From contig LSRY02000068.1 in assembly GCA_001643675.2 (NCBI GenBank), positions 124,001-188,000 of the forward strand: a stretch of 64,000 nt of DNA, given 5' to 3'. Position numbers and translations under genes: made by a program. The stretch is from Monocercomonoides exilis PA203 (taxonomy: Eukaryota; Protista; Preaxostyla). The notes under the pieces are model-generated. The model saw only the letters and a list, made by a program, of their open reading frames with translations, was not told the origin of the DNA and did no database searches. The first letter of the stretch is position 1. The number at the start of each line of letters is the position of its first letter. Of this stretch, positions 12,641 through 24,909 are shown one piece after another.

Positions 12641-15218
12641 TTAAGCAATCAGCGGTTTCTCTTCTGGAAGTGTTTGCTTTCGTGCCTTTTTCTTTTTGAA
12701 AGCAATTACTGATAAAACAGTCGCTCCAACAATAACAAGAGCACCGCATACACATCCGATGGAAATTGAAACAATAGCGCTCAAGTTTGATTTATTTCCT
12801 TCTTTTTGTTTTTGTTTTGTTTCCTCTTTTGTATTTTGAATTCCCTCAAAGGAATAATCAAATGTCGAATTCAAAGGCGCAATCTTTGGTGTTTTGAGAC
12901 AATATGCCATAGGTTTAGTATAATAGCCATCTTCACATCTTCTGAATTCACACATAGAACGATTGAATTCACCTCCTTTACAACGATATCCAAATAGCAT
13001 GTGCTGATCACGCATAGGGCTGCATTTGTCAGCCTCTATCACCTGGAAGTCAAAGCACTTATCGAACATGTATTTCACTGCTTGAGCCATTGACACATAT
13101 CCTTCCTCTGTAAATTGCGTTTCCACATTTGGATATATAGGATAAACTTCGTCTGGCTCAACAATTTTGTATTCGAGCTCTTTCTGAGGTTTGTTCCAAT
13201 CGAATGAATATCCAGTGCCATAGACCCATGAAAGGGAAGTGCCCCGGCGAGGGAACTTTTTAATGCCTGGAACATATGAATTCTCAAACGCATCTGTGCT
13301 AATCGCACTTCCACCCGCAAATGAACCGATGTCATGAGGCATTGTCTGTTGATTTAATGCTCCACCAAATCCAATCACTTTTGCTTGCTGTGATTCCTTC
13401 ACATGTTTCAAGAACTGTGAACATGTTGAGCCACATTCACCGTTTGTTACGAATAAAAGATCGTTTGCATCAAACAACTGTTTGTCAATGTATTCTTCAG
13501 GAATGAAAGGCTTGAAGAGATAGTCAAAGTATCTGTCTGTGTTTATTGCTATTTGCTGTGTCCAGTTCTGCTCTCGTTGCTCACCTGAGATATCTCTAAT
13601 GATGGTTCTGGTAGGAAGATCAAGCAAATGAGGAATCTCTTCCAATGTGGAGTAATTTGTCATCAAAGTCAATGGAGCATCGTTTTCAATAGATTTGATC
13701 ACTGCATTGTTGGCAGGCCCTTCCACAAACGAATATTTCATATTAATTGGAAACATGTTCGGGAATAGCAAGTGATAAAGCTGTGAACCAAGAAAAGCAA
13801 GTCCTCCACTGTTCCCTCTCATATCAATGATCATTTTGTAACCAGCCTTTTTCGTTTTAACTAAAACATCCACAATTGCACCAATCCAAGATGCAATCTC
13901 ACTGTCTGTGGATGGTGCAAATGACACGATGTGCATGACACCAAGCTTCCAGTCATGGATCAGTCCTGTGCGAATGTTTTCATCAGACACTAACACTTCC
14001 ATTTGAGGGAGTGAATCTCCACCATTGGTTTTGCCAGTGGCCTTTCTGGCGCTTTCTAACAAGTCTCTGGCATCATCTGATTTGTTTCTAATCATCCCAA
14101 CTTTCTTCAGATGATGAATCTGAGGTAATGAATCTCTCTCGAGTTGGAATGACGTTCTTCTTTCAGCAGTTATCATTTGCTTGAGAACATCATCGTTTTT
14201 CAACCTGTCATAAACCATTGTGAAGGCAACATCCTCTGAATGTTCTTTAATCACTTGCTCAAAGTCTTCTTCGGGTTCTTCATCCTCGAGTTTAAATAAA
14301 TCCATTTGATCTTCAGTCACCAAAGATCTCGCAGGGCAGATGCTGTTAAAGAAATCCGTCACATTATTTGTATTCGCAAATGGCATTGCATAAAATGGAA
14401 TTTTAACTGTCCTTTGAATTAATCCTTTCGTCACACGGAGAGAAATTGGTTCCGGTGGAGGGCTCATCGACGGTACTCTCACTGTTAATTGGCTGTCTAA
14501 CGCATAGTTGAACTTGGCTGCTGGTGTTCGTGAAAGTGAAACATGTTCGCGACTCCATCGAGCAATGGTATTTGCTGGTGTTTCGGTTGTGTAAGATTTG
14601 ATGTCAGGAAGGACCATAGTCGTGACTAAACTTCCAAGAATATTTGCTCCGCCTCCTCTGATGAAAGTTTCAGTCACTCCTTTAACAACGGATTTAGTCA
14701 CAACAACTTTGATGTCGTTTGGCTCCGATGGATTCGGGACTTGAACCTCAAAGTTATATGGAAACACATAAGCAAAGGCGTTGGAGCAAGGATAGCGATA
14801 GATTGTGTGAGGATCATTCAACTTTGAAACAGCATTAGCAATTGCTTGGTGGAACTCAAATCCGTCTTTGAATGAAGTTCCTTTTATTTCATTAATTGCT
14901 TTGACAATGTCGAATTTGTCTTTTTTGAATGGATCAGGGATATCGGCAGTTGTATCTCGGTACGCATATTGGTTGAAGTATGTTTCCAATGTTTCAAGTG
15001 TTTGATTCACTTCCTTTGGTGAATTTTTGTACTATTATGAATAAGGTTAAGGTTAAAAAAAAGCAATTCAAAAGATAATCATGTTTTAAAACAAGAAAAC
15101 AGACCGGAAGATGGCGTAAACATTTGACAGCACTGTCAACTGTAACAAGTGAATAAGATCGAAATTTGCAATCTTCTGCGAATATCTGGATTGCGAAAAG
15201 AAAGAAAATTGATAGCAT
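12641..15218 (-). CDS. Peptidase S41 family (tail-specific protease-like), signal peptide plus C-terminal TM anchor
   Basis: Motifs LNDPHT, IIDMRGNSGG and NGECGSTCS (putative catalytic Ser). Exon 1 MLSIFFLFAIQIFA is signal-like and is spliced through one GT-AG intron to YKNSPKEVNQT. Cys-rich region, then TM helix and KKKKARK. Confidence 0.8.
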
Positions 15219-16223
15219 ATCAACAATACAAGACTTTCTGTTTCACAAAAAATGATCACAAAAAACTACCCTTTATGAAAGGTTTGTTTTTTTAAGATTT
15301 CATAACAAAACGTTCTCATTGCAGAATAAGTTTAACTTTGGGATTGAAACTATATTTGTTTCCTTTGAATTAAAAAATTCTCCTCTAAATTTTTGTGGAA
15401 TGAAAAAGATCATTTAATCAGAGAACGAAATTGAATTCAGTTGTGTTTTAATGGAGAAAATCAAAACAACAAAATTTATTGCTATTTATCAATTCTGTGC
15501 AAAATGTTTTTATTTGTGTTTTCGATGTTTTTATATTACAAAAAATGAAAAGTGTGCTTCATGTGGATAAAATGCATCTTTAATAATCTTGTAATGTTCA
15601 GCCTTTCTTAGAACAAATGCATGAAATGTCCGTATTTTCAATGCATGAATTAGATGCACTTTTTAAAAAAGAAACTATTGTTTAATATTATTCTTAAAAA
15701 ACAACGGCTTTATTTTTTTCAAAATCTTATGAACAAAATCAGGAAATGAGATACCTTATTGTAATGGACAAATGATGTATTGTTCGATATCCTATTGTGA
15801 ATTTCAAATTAAGGAAGCAATTTTCAAAAAACAATTGATGAAACAGTGCATTAAATTAAATCAAAATTGAGAAAACAATAAAGAAAGCTCGAAAATAAAC
15901 AGGAAAAATAGATGGGAAATAATTTACAAAGTCACTTCTAAGTACAACTCGACACTCAGGATAAGCATGAAAAATTAAGGCGTTGAGGTTTTTTGAGACA
16001 AAATTGATGGAAAAGGAAGACCCAGTTCCAAAGAATGCGCTATTCACCTAAATCAATATTCATAAAAACTTTTAATCCTCTCGCGTGCAATTCTCGTTCC
16101 TGTAGCCTCATATCGCGATTTTTTCAATAAAAGTTGTATAAAACATGGATTGTTGTGAAGTTCAATCACTCATCAAATCAATAAATTATATTGAAAGATT
16201 GCACAAAAAGCATGTATTCACAA

Positions 16224-18515
16224 CTATGAGAGTTCAATTGTAGAATTGTGCATGGCTTCGCGAATCAATGATTTAATTCTAAAGAAATCATCATTATTGT
16301 TCACATGCCTATTGCACAACGAAGTAAGTGCAGTGATAACAGTGACAATATTCTCATCCGAAATCATCGAATCTTCCTCGTTCTCACTTTGTTGAATGGT
16401 TGATGCTCCGTCATTTTGATCTAACTTATCTTGTTCTTTACTGTCATTTAATTGTATCTCCTTCATAACTATTTTATATTCATCAAACAAACCCTTCAAA
16501 CAAGAAGCATTCCTTGCTCTTCCATCTATTTCACCCAGCCAATCTTCCCGAAGACGAATAAGATTGTTTCGCTCTTTTTCTTCTTCTCGTTTTTCATTTT
16601 GTGGTTTCCTTCTTATCCATCTCACAAACCCCTTCCACGCTTGATTCAGGTTCTGAGCTGCAATGTTCTTTGTAGAAACAGCTTTGATCCATCCTTTTCT
16701 TGTTATTGATGGAGGCTGATGATTAACCAGAGAAGAGTACGACGCGTGAAGTGATGAAGCCAAGTTTTCAATAGTTTTTTGTGTAAATTCCTCTTTTTTC
16801 AAATAACTTTCGATGGGTGTCAGTGAAGTATCTGCAGCAGAAGGAAATGTTGTGTTATCTGAAGGAGAAGCAGCTTCAGCTGTTCTGGTTCTATTTTGCA
16901 TATGCGATGCCTGCAGCTGCGTCAGCTCAGCAGCACCATTCGGGTTTTTGTTGTGGTTCAAAATTTTGTGCAGTTTTTTCTGATGCTTTTGCATTGCAGT
17001 GGATAAAATGTTATGTTTGTTTTGAAATAGCTTGCCTTTTTCACCCTGATTAACAATTTGTGAAAATGAATCATTGCCTCCATTTGAGTTAATTGGACGT
17101 TTGACTTCATTATTTTCTCGACTCTTTTTCTTGCATTCGTCGCAATATTCTTGAACATAACGACGAAATCCAACACTTGCCAGCAATGCTAATTCATCCA
17201 TTAGCAGAGTTTCTTTTCCACCAGCATCAACAAAATCATCGTCAATTTGTTCAAATTCGTTTTGTTTCTCATTTTCTGCTTCAGATGAAGAAGAATTAAA
17301 CTTGGGAGGTGCTTTAAAGAATGATGACAAAGGCTCATTCAAGATGCTTTTTTGTCCAAAGACGCAAACTCTGCTCAGTTTCGTCTTTTGCTTCACATTA
17401 TTCACTACTGCTTTTACTGTGCCTTTGTTCTCATTTTCATATCTAATTGCTTTTTTGCTTGTTTTCATTGAATTTCCCTTCTCTTTATCTTCTTCGATTT
17501 TCATCATCTCAACATTTTCCATCCAACCAACAGAAAACTCGTCTCCCAAACAAATCACTCCATCTCCTGGTGCTCGAAATCTCTGTTTGTTGTTCGTTTC
17601 TGATTGCATCTTCTCTTCTTCAGCCCAATCTTCACAGAAGCACGCCCAGCTCTCTTCGAATGCATCAGCGGATGAAACCGCTAATACTCTTTCATTCTTC
17701 TTAAGCAAGTCCTTAAACATAGACGCTCCATAGCACGCTTCCACAAACAGCAGACAGTTATTAAAGTGGCCATCACGCGATAAATTGTGAAGGGTTTCCA
17801 CAAGATCCACAGCATGTAACACTTCATTCTAAGATTTAACATTTGTGGATTGAAACGGGAAATGTATTGATTCAATGAGTAATGTTTGGTTGATTAAAAA
17901 ACATCACACATTTGGGAACAGCAGCACTCCAGGAGCACCGTGATCGCTATAAAAAATGAAAACATTATCGCTTCTGGTGCTATTTATCACTCTCCCCTTC
18001 GAAAAAGAAGAATTTCCAGAAATAACTGCCAAAAACAGCTCTGGAGATATTTGCTTTCCATTGTAATCAACATGAATAGATCCCTATGATAATAACAGAA
18101 CAAATTGATATTTCAGAGACAAACATTGAAACTCAATTCTCATTTCATAAGCATTCATACTGGATATACATTTGAAGAATTTGGAGAGTTGAATAATGTC
18201 TGTGGAAGACGGTTTTTTGGATGTTTTGGAACATCATCATACTATGTGCATTTTATTTAAAGGAAAAAAATCAAATATCACGTTTGAACAGTCTTTATTT
18301 ATTTTGTAAAAAATGCAAAAAAACAAAACTGTCATATATATAATATGTTCATCATCAAATCCATTATCTTTCAGTAAAGAAAATGCATGGGATATATCGG
18401 CCTGGTGTCTGTAATTGTCCCATCCCTTTGAACCAGACACAACTAGAGCCCAATTTACGCATTTAACATTTTCGCAAATATAAAACAGAAATCCAAGAAA
18501 ATAAATACAGTTCAT
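16224..18515 (-). CDS. Legumain-like asparaginyl endopeptidase (peptidase C13)
   Basis: NWALVVSGSKGWDNYRHQAD, SDNVFIFYSDHGAPG (catalytic His), FVEACYGASMF (catalytic Cys), EESWAC, CLGDEFSVGWM; several short introns; signal-like N-terminus. Confidence 0.9.
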
Positions 18516-19129
18516 GAAACAACAAAATTAAAATTGTGGTCCATATTTCCTGATAGAATTCAGGAAGAATATTTCACCAGACACTTTGCAGGAAGCAGGA
18601 AAATCAATAACTTCTAAAAATTATAACTTTTATTTTGAAAGACCAAAAAGAAATTAAAAATGATTAAAACATTTTAAAAAAATGAAGTTTAAGTTTCAAT
18701 AATTTCAATTTTAAAATTAAAACTTTTCTTTGATGAAAGCTTTGTCTCTTTTTTGAAGATAATGAAGCAGCTTTAATTCTTCACTTCTCGCTTAAAAGAG
18801 ATATTTTCATCCTTTGCTATTCCCACGCTTGTATTTCTCCAATAAAAACAAGGATTAATGGAGTATGAATTCATGGGTTACTTTAGCAAAATCGTGTTCC
18901 ATCTATTTCATACTTCTTTTTCATAAATAGAGTGAATATTAATCTTTCAGTTAAATCAGCATTGATTTGTAAAAGTTAAGCATATGCAACAATCAATCCA
19001 TTTCTAAAAAAATCTAATTGTAATTATCGGTATTATTTGATCAAAAATGACTCTTTTATTATTATTTACATGATCAACGCAGAAATATAAAAAGACTTTT
19101 TTTAGAGCGTAAAAGAAAAATTTAATATT

Positions 19130-22100
19130 ATGACTTTATCTTTGCGTTCTGAAATTGATGTAAGTGATGAAAACAAAGAGCATATTTCCGAAATAGGAGA
19201 TATGTCCCCAGAATCTTTGTTTGAAATTATTGTCGACGATGCTGATCCATTGATAAAACGTCTATCATTCACATTTGAAGAAAGCGATGCTAAAAAACTT
19301 GAAAAACGAAATAAGCAATTTATTCCCAGAAAAGATGATGTACTTGGTTTCGTAACTGAAGATTTTGCTGTTCCTCCATTTTTGAACAATATTACACATC
19401 TTTCCGACCTTTATATTCATAAATCTTTAATTCAAGAATGGTATTCAATTCGTGGTCAGAAATTTCCTTTGAGCATTGATCCTTCCTATTTAACGATTCA
19501 AGGAAAAGTTGGACCAATAAAAGAAACAACAAATATTATTCAAAGGCCATTTTTACAATCATTATTCGGTTATGAAGACATTTTGTTCAATCGTTTGTCT
19601 CCAACAAATGAGAGGCATCTTCGCCAAATAGTTTTATTACATTTGGTCAATCATGTTGTGAAGTCTCGAGAACTTATAGTTTCTCACAATTCGGTGTTAA
19701 GTGAAAAGAAACAAAGCGGACGAGATAAAGATGATGAGTTATTAACAGAATATGGACAGCTTCACAGACTTGATGAGTCGCGTGCATCTAAAACATCGAA
19801 ATCTGCGCCTTCTTCTTCTTCAGAAAGCACATCTCAGCCAAACAAGTACAGAGATCAAGGTTTTGTTCGTCCCCGAATCTTGATAATATGTGCCACGAGA
19901 AATGCGGCATATGAACTTGTGAATGATTATCTTCTCAAACTAATTCCGAGCATTCACAGAGGGAATATTTCACTGGGTGCGAAGTTTAACAGGCTATTTG
20001 GTCCAGAGCCGGAAGAAGAAGAGGATGAGGAAAGAGAAGAAAAAGGTGAAGACGAAGATGAAGATATGGATGTTGAAGAGGAAAATGATGAACTTGGGGA
20101 GGAGGATGAAGGAGAGGAAGATGGAGGAGAAGTGAAGAAGATCAAGCGGCGTTTTAAAAGCTCACACAAAAAGAATATGAAGCCACAGCCCATTCAAACT
20201 GTGAGTGAAAAGCCAGAGTCGTTCAAGCGGACATTCAAAGGCAATGTGGATGAGACATTCTGCTTTGGCGTGGGATTGACGAGGAGAAGTGTGAAGTTGC
20301 TGTGCAATCTGTCAGACGCAGACTTTATAATAGCGTCACCAGCTGGTCTGTCGAGTGTGTTAAGAGGAAGGAGTGTGCCTGACGGAGAAACCGATTTGAA
20401 TCCTGAAGACTCACACAAAAGAGGACGAGGGAGAAGAGGCCGTGGGAGAGGCGGCAGAGGTGGAAGAGGAGGAGGAAGAGGAGGGAGAAGTGATAGAGGC
20501 GGAAGAGGAGGAAGAGGAGGCAAAGGAGGAAGGAAAGGAAACAACGAGGATTATGCCAATGAGAAGTTTCGAAGGCATACAGTCAAATTCTCACTCACTC
20601 CGAGAGCGCTGCTGTCGTCCATTGAGATTGCATTTGTGGAGAATGCGACGCCACTTCTGATGCAAAACTGGGAGCACATAAACAACATCTTCTCTTCTCC
20701 ATTTCGATCAGTCAGCACATCAGCCTTTTCAAAGACACGACGCTTGAGTGAAAGCGAAGGAGAGGAAGTTGATGAGGAAATAGGAGCGGAGAAGAAGAAA
20801 AGGAAGAAAGATGAAGAAGACAGCGAGAGTAAAGAAAGCAAAGAAAGCGAGGAAATCGAGGAAAGTGGAGAAAGTGGAGAAAGTGGAGAAAGTGAGCAAA
20901 GTGAGAGTTCAAGTGAGAAGAGCAGCAGCACTTCTGACAAAAATCAAAGCGAAGAGAGTTCAGAGTCAGATGAATTTGATGTTTCGAAGCAGATCTGGTC
21001 GGGTCTGAAGGCGAAATCAACCACTTTGCCCTCAGAAACGCTGCCTAAACGGAAGCATCCGTGTCTTCACACAACGCCCAAGAACCTCCAGTCCATTGAC
21101 ATGTCGCGTGTATACATCCAAATGCTTCGCGGGATGGGCAAATTCCTTCGCCAGACGATCATCTTCTCTGAGAGCGAGACACCCGAATTGAACTCTCTCT
21201 TCCGACAGAGCGAGTTTGTGTGCAATGCGCTGGGGGGAGGACTGAAAGTGCCGCCTCTGCCGAACAAAGAGTGCATCAGAACAACAATGCCAATCGTGTT
21301 CCAGAGGCTTCACTCGACCAATGCGGAAAAGGCAGAGGACATGCGATACAACTTCTTCATCAAACAAGTGTGTTTCATTCATTTATATAACAAGAATTAT
21401 TCAAATATTCTCTCTTTATTTTATTTTATTTATTTATTTATTTATTTATTTATTCTTATGTTATATTATTTATTCATGTGACTGTCAATATACTTCTCCA
21501 TCTTCCAGTTATTGCCTCTCCTCCGCCCAGTCTCCCGCAGCGCGACCACTCCGTCTGGTGCTCCTCTTCCTCCTCGCCCGCGCACTCTTGTTTATTTCCC
21601 CTCATTCTTTTCGTTTGTGCGTGTGAGGGACTTTCTGCAGCGCCGCTTCCCTTCCCTCACCTCTTCTTCCACCAAGCACCCGCTCTTTGCCGAGGCGTGT
21701 GAGTACACAGAGACACCCGACCTGACAAAAGGGCGTGTCTCTTTCTTCGACGGCAGGACGCGTCTGCTGCTTTACACAGAGCGACTCCACTTTTACCGGC
21801 GGTATGAGTTTAGAAAGGTGGAAAGGGTGCTCTTTTATGGGCCTCCTTCAAACAGGGAGTTCTGCAGTGACATCATGCGGATGCTGGAAAGGGGGATAGA
21901 AGAGGAGAATGATGACAGGAGGCTGAGAAGGAAAGTGCTGAGGAAGACGATGATGGGGGGTACGAAAAAAGCGAGCAAGAAGAAAAGAACAAGAAAGGCT
22001 AATCGGATGGAATTGAGTGGCGGTGCAGATTCTGATTCAGATTCAGACCAGTCGTCGAGTTCTGACTCAGAAAGCGAAGAAGACTTGGAAGATTTGGATG

Positions 22101-22297
22101 ATATTGACGATCCATCGCTTCTTCCCATTGTGCCTTCATCATCGTTTTCAAATGCTGGTTCGGCTCTGCTCCTTTTCTCTCCATTTGATGTTCATGCCCT
22201 TGATCGCATTGCAGGTACAAAACTATGTCAAAAGATGGTATCGTTATCTGCTGATGATTCCTTTGTCATACTCACTTCAGACAAACATAAGGAATGA
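19130..22297 (+). CDS. UTP25: U3 snoRNA-associated protein 25 (UTP25/DIEXF)
   Basis: HLVNHVVKSR, RDQGFVRPRILII, FKGNVDETF, DFIIASPAGL, LSSIE, LLMQNWEH, LLYTERLHFYRRY, VLFYGPP; in-frame intron 21368-21508 joins the two ORFs. Confidence 0.92.
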
Positions 22298-22502
22298 ACT
22301 TGAGAAATGACTATCTTTTATTAACAATTATACACACTTCACAAATAATCACTTCAAAAAAGAGAAGAAGAAATTTAGGTGAAAAGTTTGCACATTCCAT
22401 ATAAGCAAAATGAAAAGCCTATTTTATATTATTAATCGCATGTATTTTTATTGCAGTAATTTTTTCTTCGTTGATCTAATACCATAACATTGGACTTTAA
22501 AC

Positions 22503-23587
22503 ATGACCGAGGTTTCTTGTCTATTTTTGTGAGTTTATTGACATATGTCATATTAATGATATTTATTTAATATGTACCGGTTCTTTCTTTGTGCATTTTA
22601 AATGATTTGCTCTTTAGAATATCGTCCCAACTCGAATGGTGCTTCAAGCACAACAAGCCAAGATGGTTGCAGCTAAGAGAGGCCATGAGCTGCTAAAGAA
22701 AAAATCTGATGCACTGAGTGTAAAGTTCAGAGATATTCTTGGCAAGATCTTGGATGTATGTGCATAATAGAACTTGTGATTTAAATATATTTTAAATTAT
22801 ATTTTTAACTTTCTTAAAAGGCAAAAAATGAACTTGTCACTCTCGTAAATGAAGCCCTTTTTTCCACTTCACATATGAAATACACCACAGGAGATCAAAT
22901 CAAGTTTGTTTATTGATGTTTCATGTGCTCATGTATTTTATGAATTGTTATTTGACAATAGATATGCTGTTCGAGAAACTGTTTCTTCTACAACGCCAAC
23001 AAAAGTTACAATGCATATGGAAAATCTTGCTGGTGTCTTGCTTCCTGTATTTGAACTTCAGCAAGAGGGATCCGGAGGTTGAAATGCTTTTTGTATAAAT
23101 ATATATATTTAAATTAATTATTATGAAAATAAATCATGACATTTTCTTTTAAACAGGAACGGAACTTACTGGTCTTGCAAAAGGTGGAAAGCGTGTTCAA
23201 GAATGCAAAGATAAGCATATGGCAGTTGTTGAACAAGTCGTGAAACTTGCATCACTTCAGACAGCTTTTTCAGCGTTAGATGAAGTTATAAAGGTGACAA
23301 ACCGAAGAGTGAATGCATTGGAATATGTTATGATACCACAATTAGAGGAAATTATCCACTACATCGACAGCGAAATGAGCGAAATGGAAAGAGAGGAATT
23401 CTTCAGGCTGAAGATGGTGCAAAAAGGAAAGAAGAAGAAAGCTGATGAACAGGAAAGGGAGCAAAAGCAAAAAGAAGAGGAACTTCTTGCAGCTGGAATA
23501 TCAGTAACTTCTTCTTCGTCTTCATCTTCGTCAGAAGGAGCAGAGAGCTTGTTAACAAAAGACGAAGACGATGATATTGTGGTGTAA
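22503..23587 (+). CDS. ATP6V1D: V-type proton ATPase subunit D
   Basis: Spliced exons give MTE|NIVPTRMVL...KRGHELLKKKSDAL, ENLAGV.LP, LTGLAKGG, LASLQTAF..LDEVIKVTNRRVNALEYVMIP, EREEFFRLK. Confidence 0.95.
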
Positions 23588-24250
23588 GGTTATTTGGAGT
23601 GAAATGGAAGTGGGGTGGCCAAGTTTTTTTGCTGAGGTTTATACGAGAGTGAACGAGAAGACTAAATAAGAAAGTGAGGGAAATTGTCAATAATTCAAGG
23701 AGTGTGAGATGAATGCGGAAGAGGGCGTCGATTTCTATTTGCTTCTCGTTATTATTCTTTATTAAACTTTTATGCATTTACAAGGCCAGCAAAAGGTGTA
23801 ACTATCGAATATTTCTCTCTAAACTAAAAGTTTCTGATTAATCTTTGCACTATTCTTTTCGTATATATTTCTATTTCATTCAAAACTTGTCTTTTATCAA
23901 ATGCTTCGAATTTTTCCTTCATTTCTATATTCACAAATATCCACACAATTCTTGATTAATACAATTCAATAAAATATTTTCTGGTTCCAAAGATTTAAAA
24001 ATTGTATTTTATAACGTCGGAATTTTCCATTTGAAAATAAATAACAAATATTTCTTCCAAATTTTTTTGTGAAAATTTCAAACAGTATCGAAAATAATTA
24101 AAAATTCAAATTTTCTTTCTGTTAGAAAATATTCATTTTTTATTCTTTTTATCTGTGAATCTATTTATTATTTTTTATGTCAGTGTGTTTGTGTCTGTCG
24201 AAACTTTGGAAAAAAAAACGATAAATAAAAAGAAACAAGGATTGAATGTT

Positions 24251-24255
<5 letters not shown>

Positions 24256-24301
<46 letters not shown>
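24256..24301. repeat. Poly(T) tract, 46 nt
   Basis: Uninterrupted T run about 90 bp left of the foldback element. Confidence 0.95.
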
Positions 24302-24302
<1 letters not shown>

Positions 24303-24909
24303 GAGAAATCTGACGGATTCGCATCAAATATTATCTAAATCAATTGTTGTTTTGTCATTCTGTGCATTAGCAATTGGTTCATATTTTATAAGTAAGTATT
24401 TTTATTGGCACCAGTTTTTTTATTGGCACCAAAAATTATTTTCATGATCTTCATTTCATTAAAGCTCATAAATCTGTTTCATAACTTAAGAACAATAAAC
24501 AAATAAAAATTAAGCTGTACGTCAAATATTTTTTTAAAAAACTTTCTCAGAAAAACGATCTAATAATTTTTAACTTTTATTTTTCGATCAACGTTTTGCT
24601 CGTATTTTGTTGACTGATTGCGGTTGCGAGTTTTTATCACTGTATTCACAAAAACAACTGTATTTTCCGTATTTGTTACTTATTCGTTTTTTTTTTTTTT
24701 GAATCATTTATTTAAGTGCATTTTTGCATTTCACCACTTTTGATTAAACATGCAAAATCAAGTGAATGCGTATGTTTTGTAAAAAAAAGGTCAAAAGATA
24801 TCGTTAAAATTATCTTTTTTTGTATATTATGCATGTTTTGAAAATAAACTTTTATTCAAAATTAAAAAGAAATCTAAGAATCATATTTTTCTTAAAGAAT
24901 TGCATTTAT

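Noticed and set aside
15856-16120. Small minus-strand gene or ncRNA between the S41 peptidase and legumain
   Set aside because: Would need a 22-nt intron, shorter than any other seen here; no homology or RNA motif; may be legumain 3' UTR.
1630-22297. Functional clustering of NOP14 and UTP25 (both SSU processome)
   Set aside because: Separated by 14 kb and four unrelated genes; compatible with chance.
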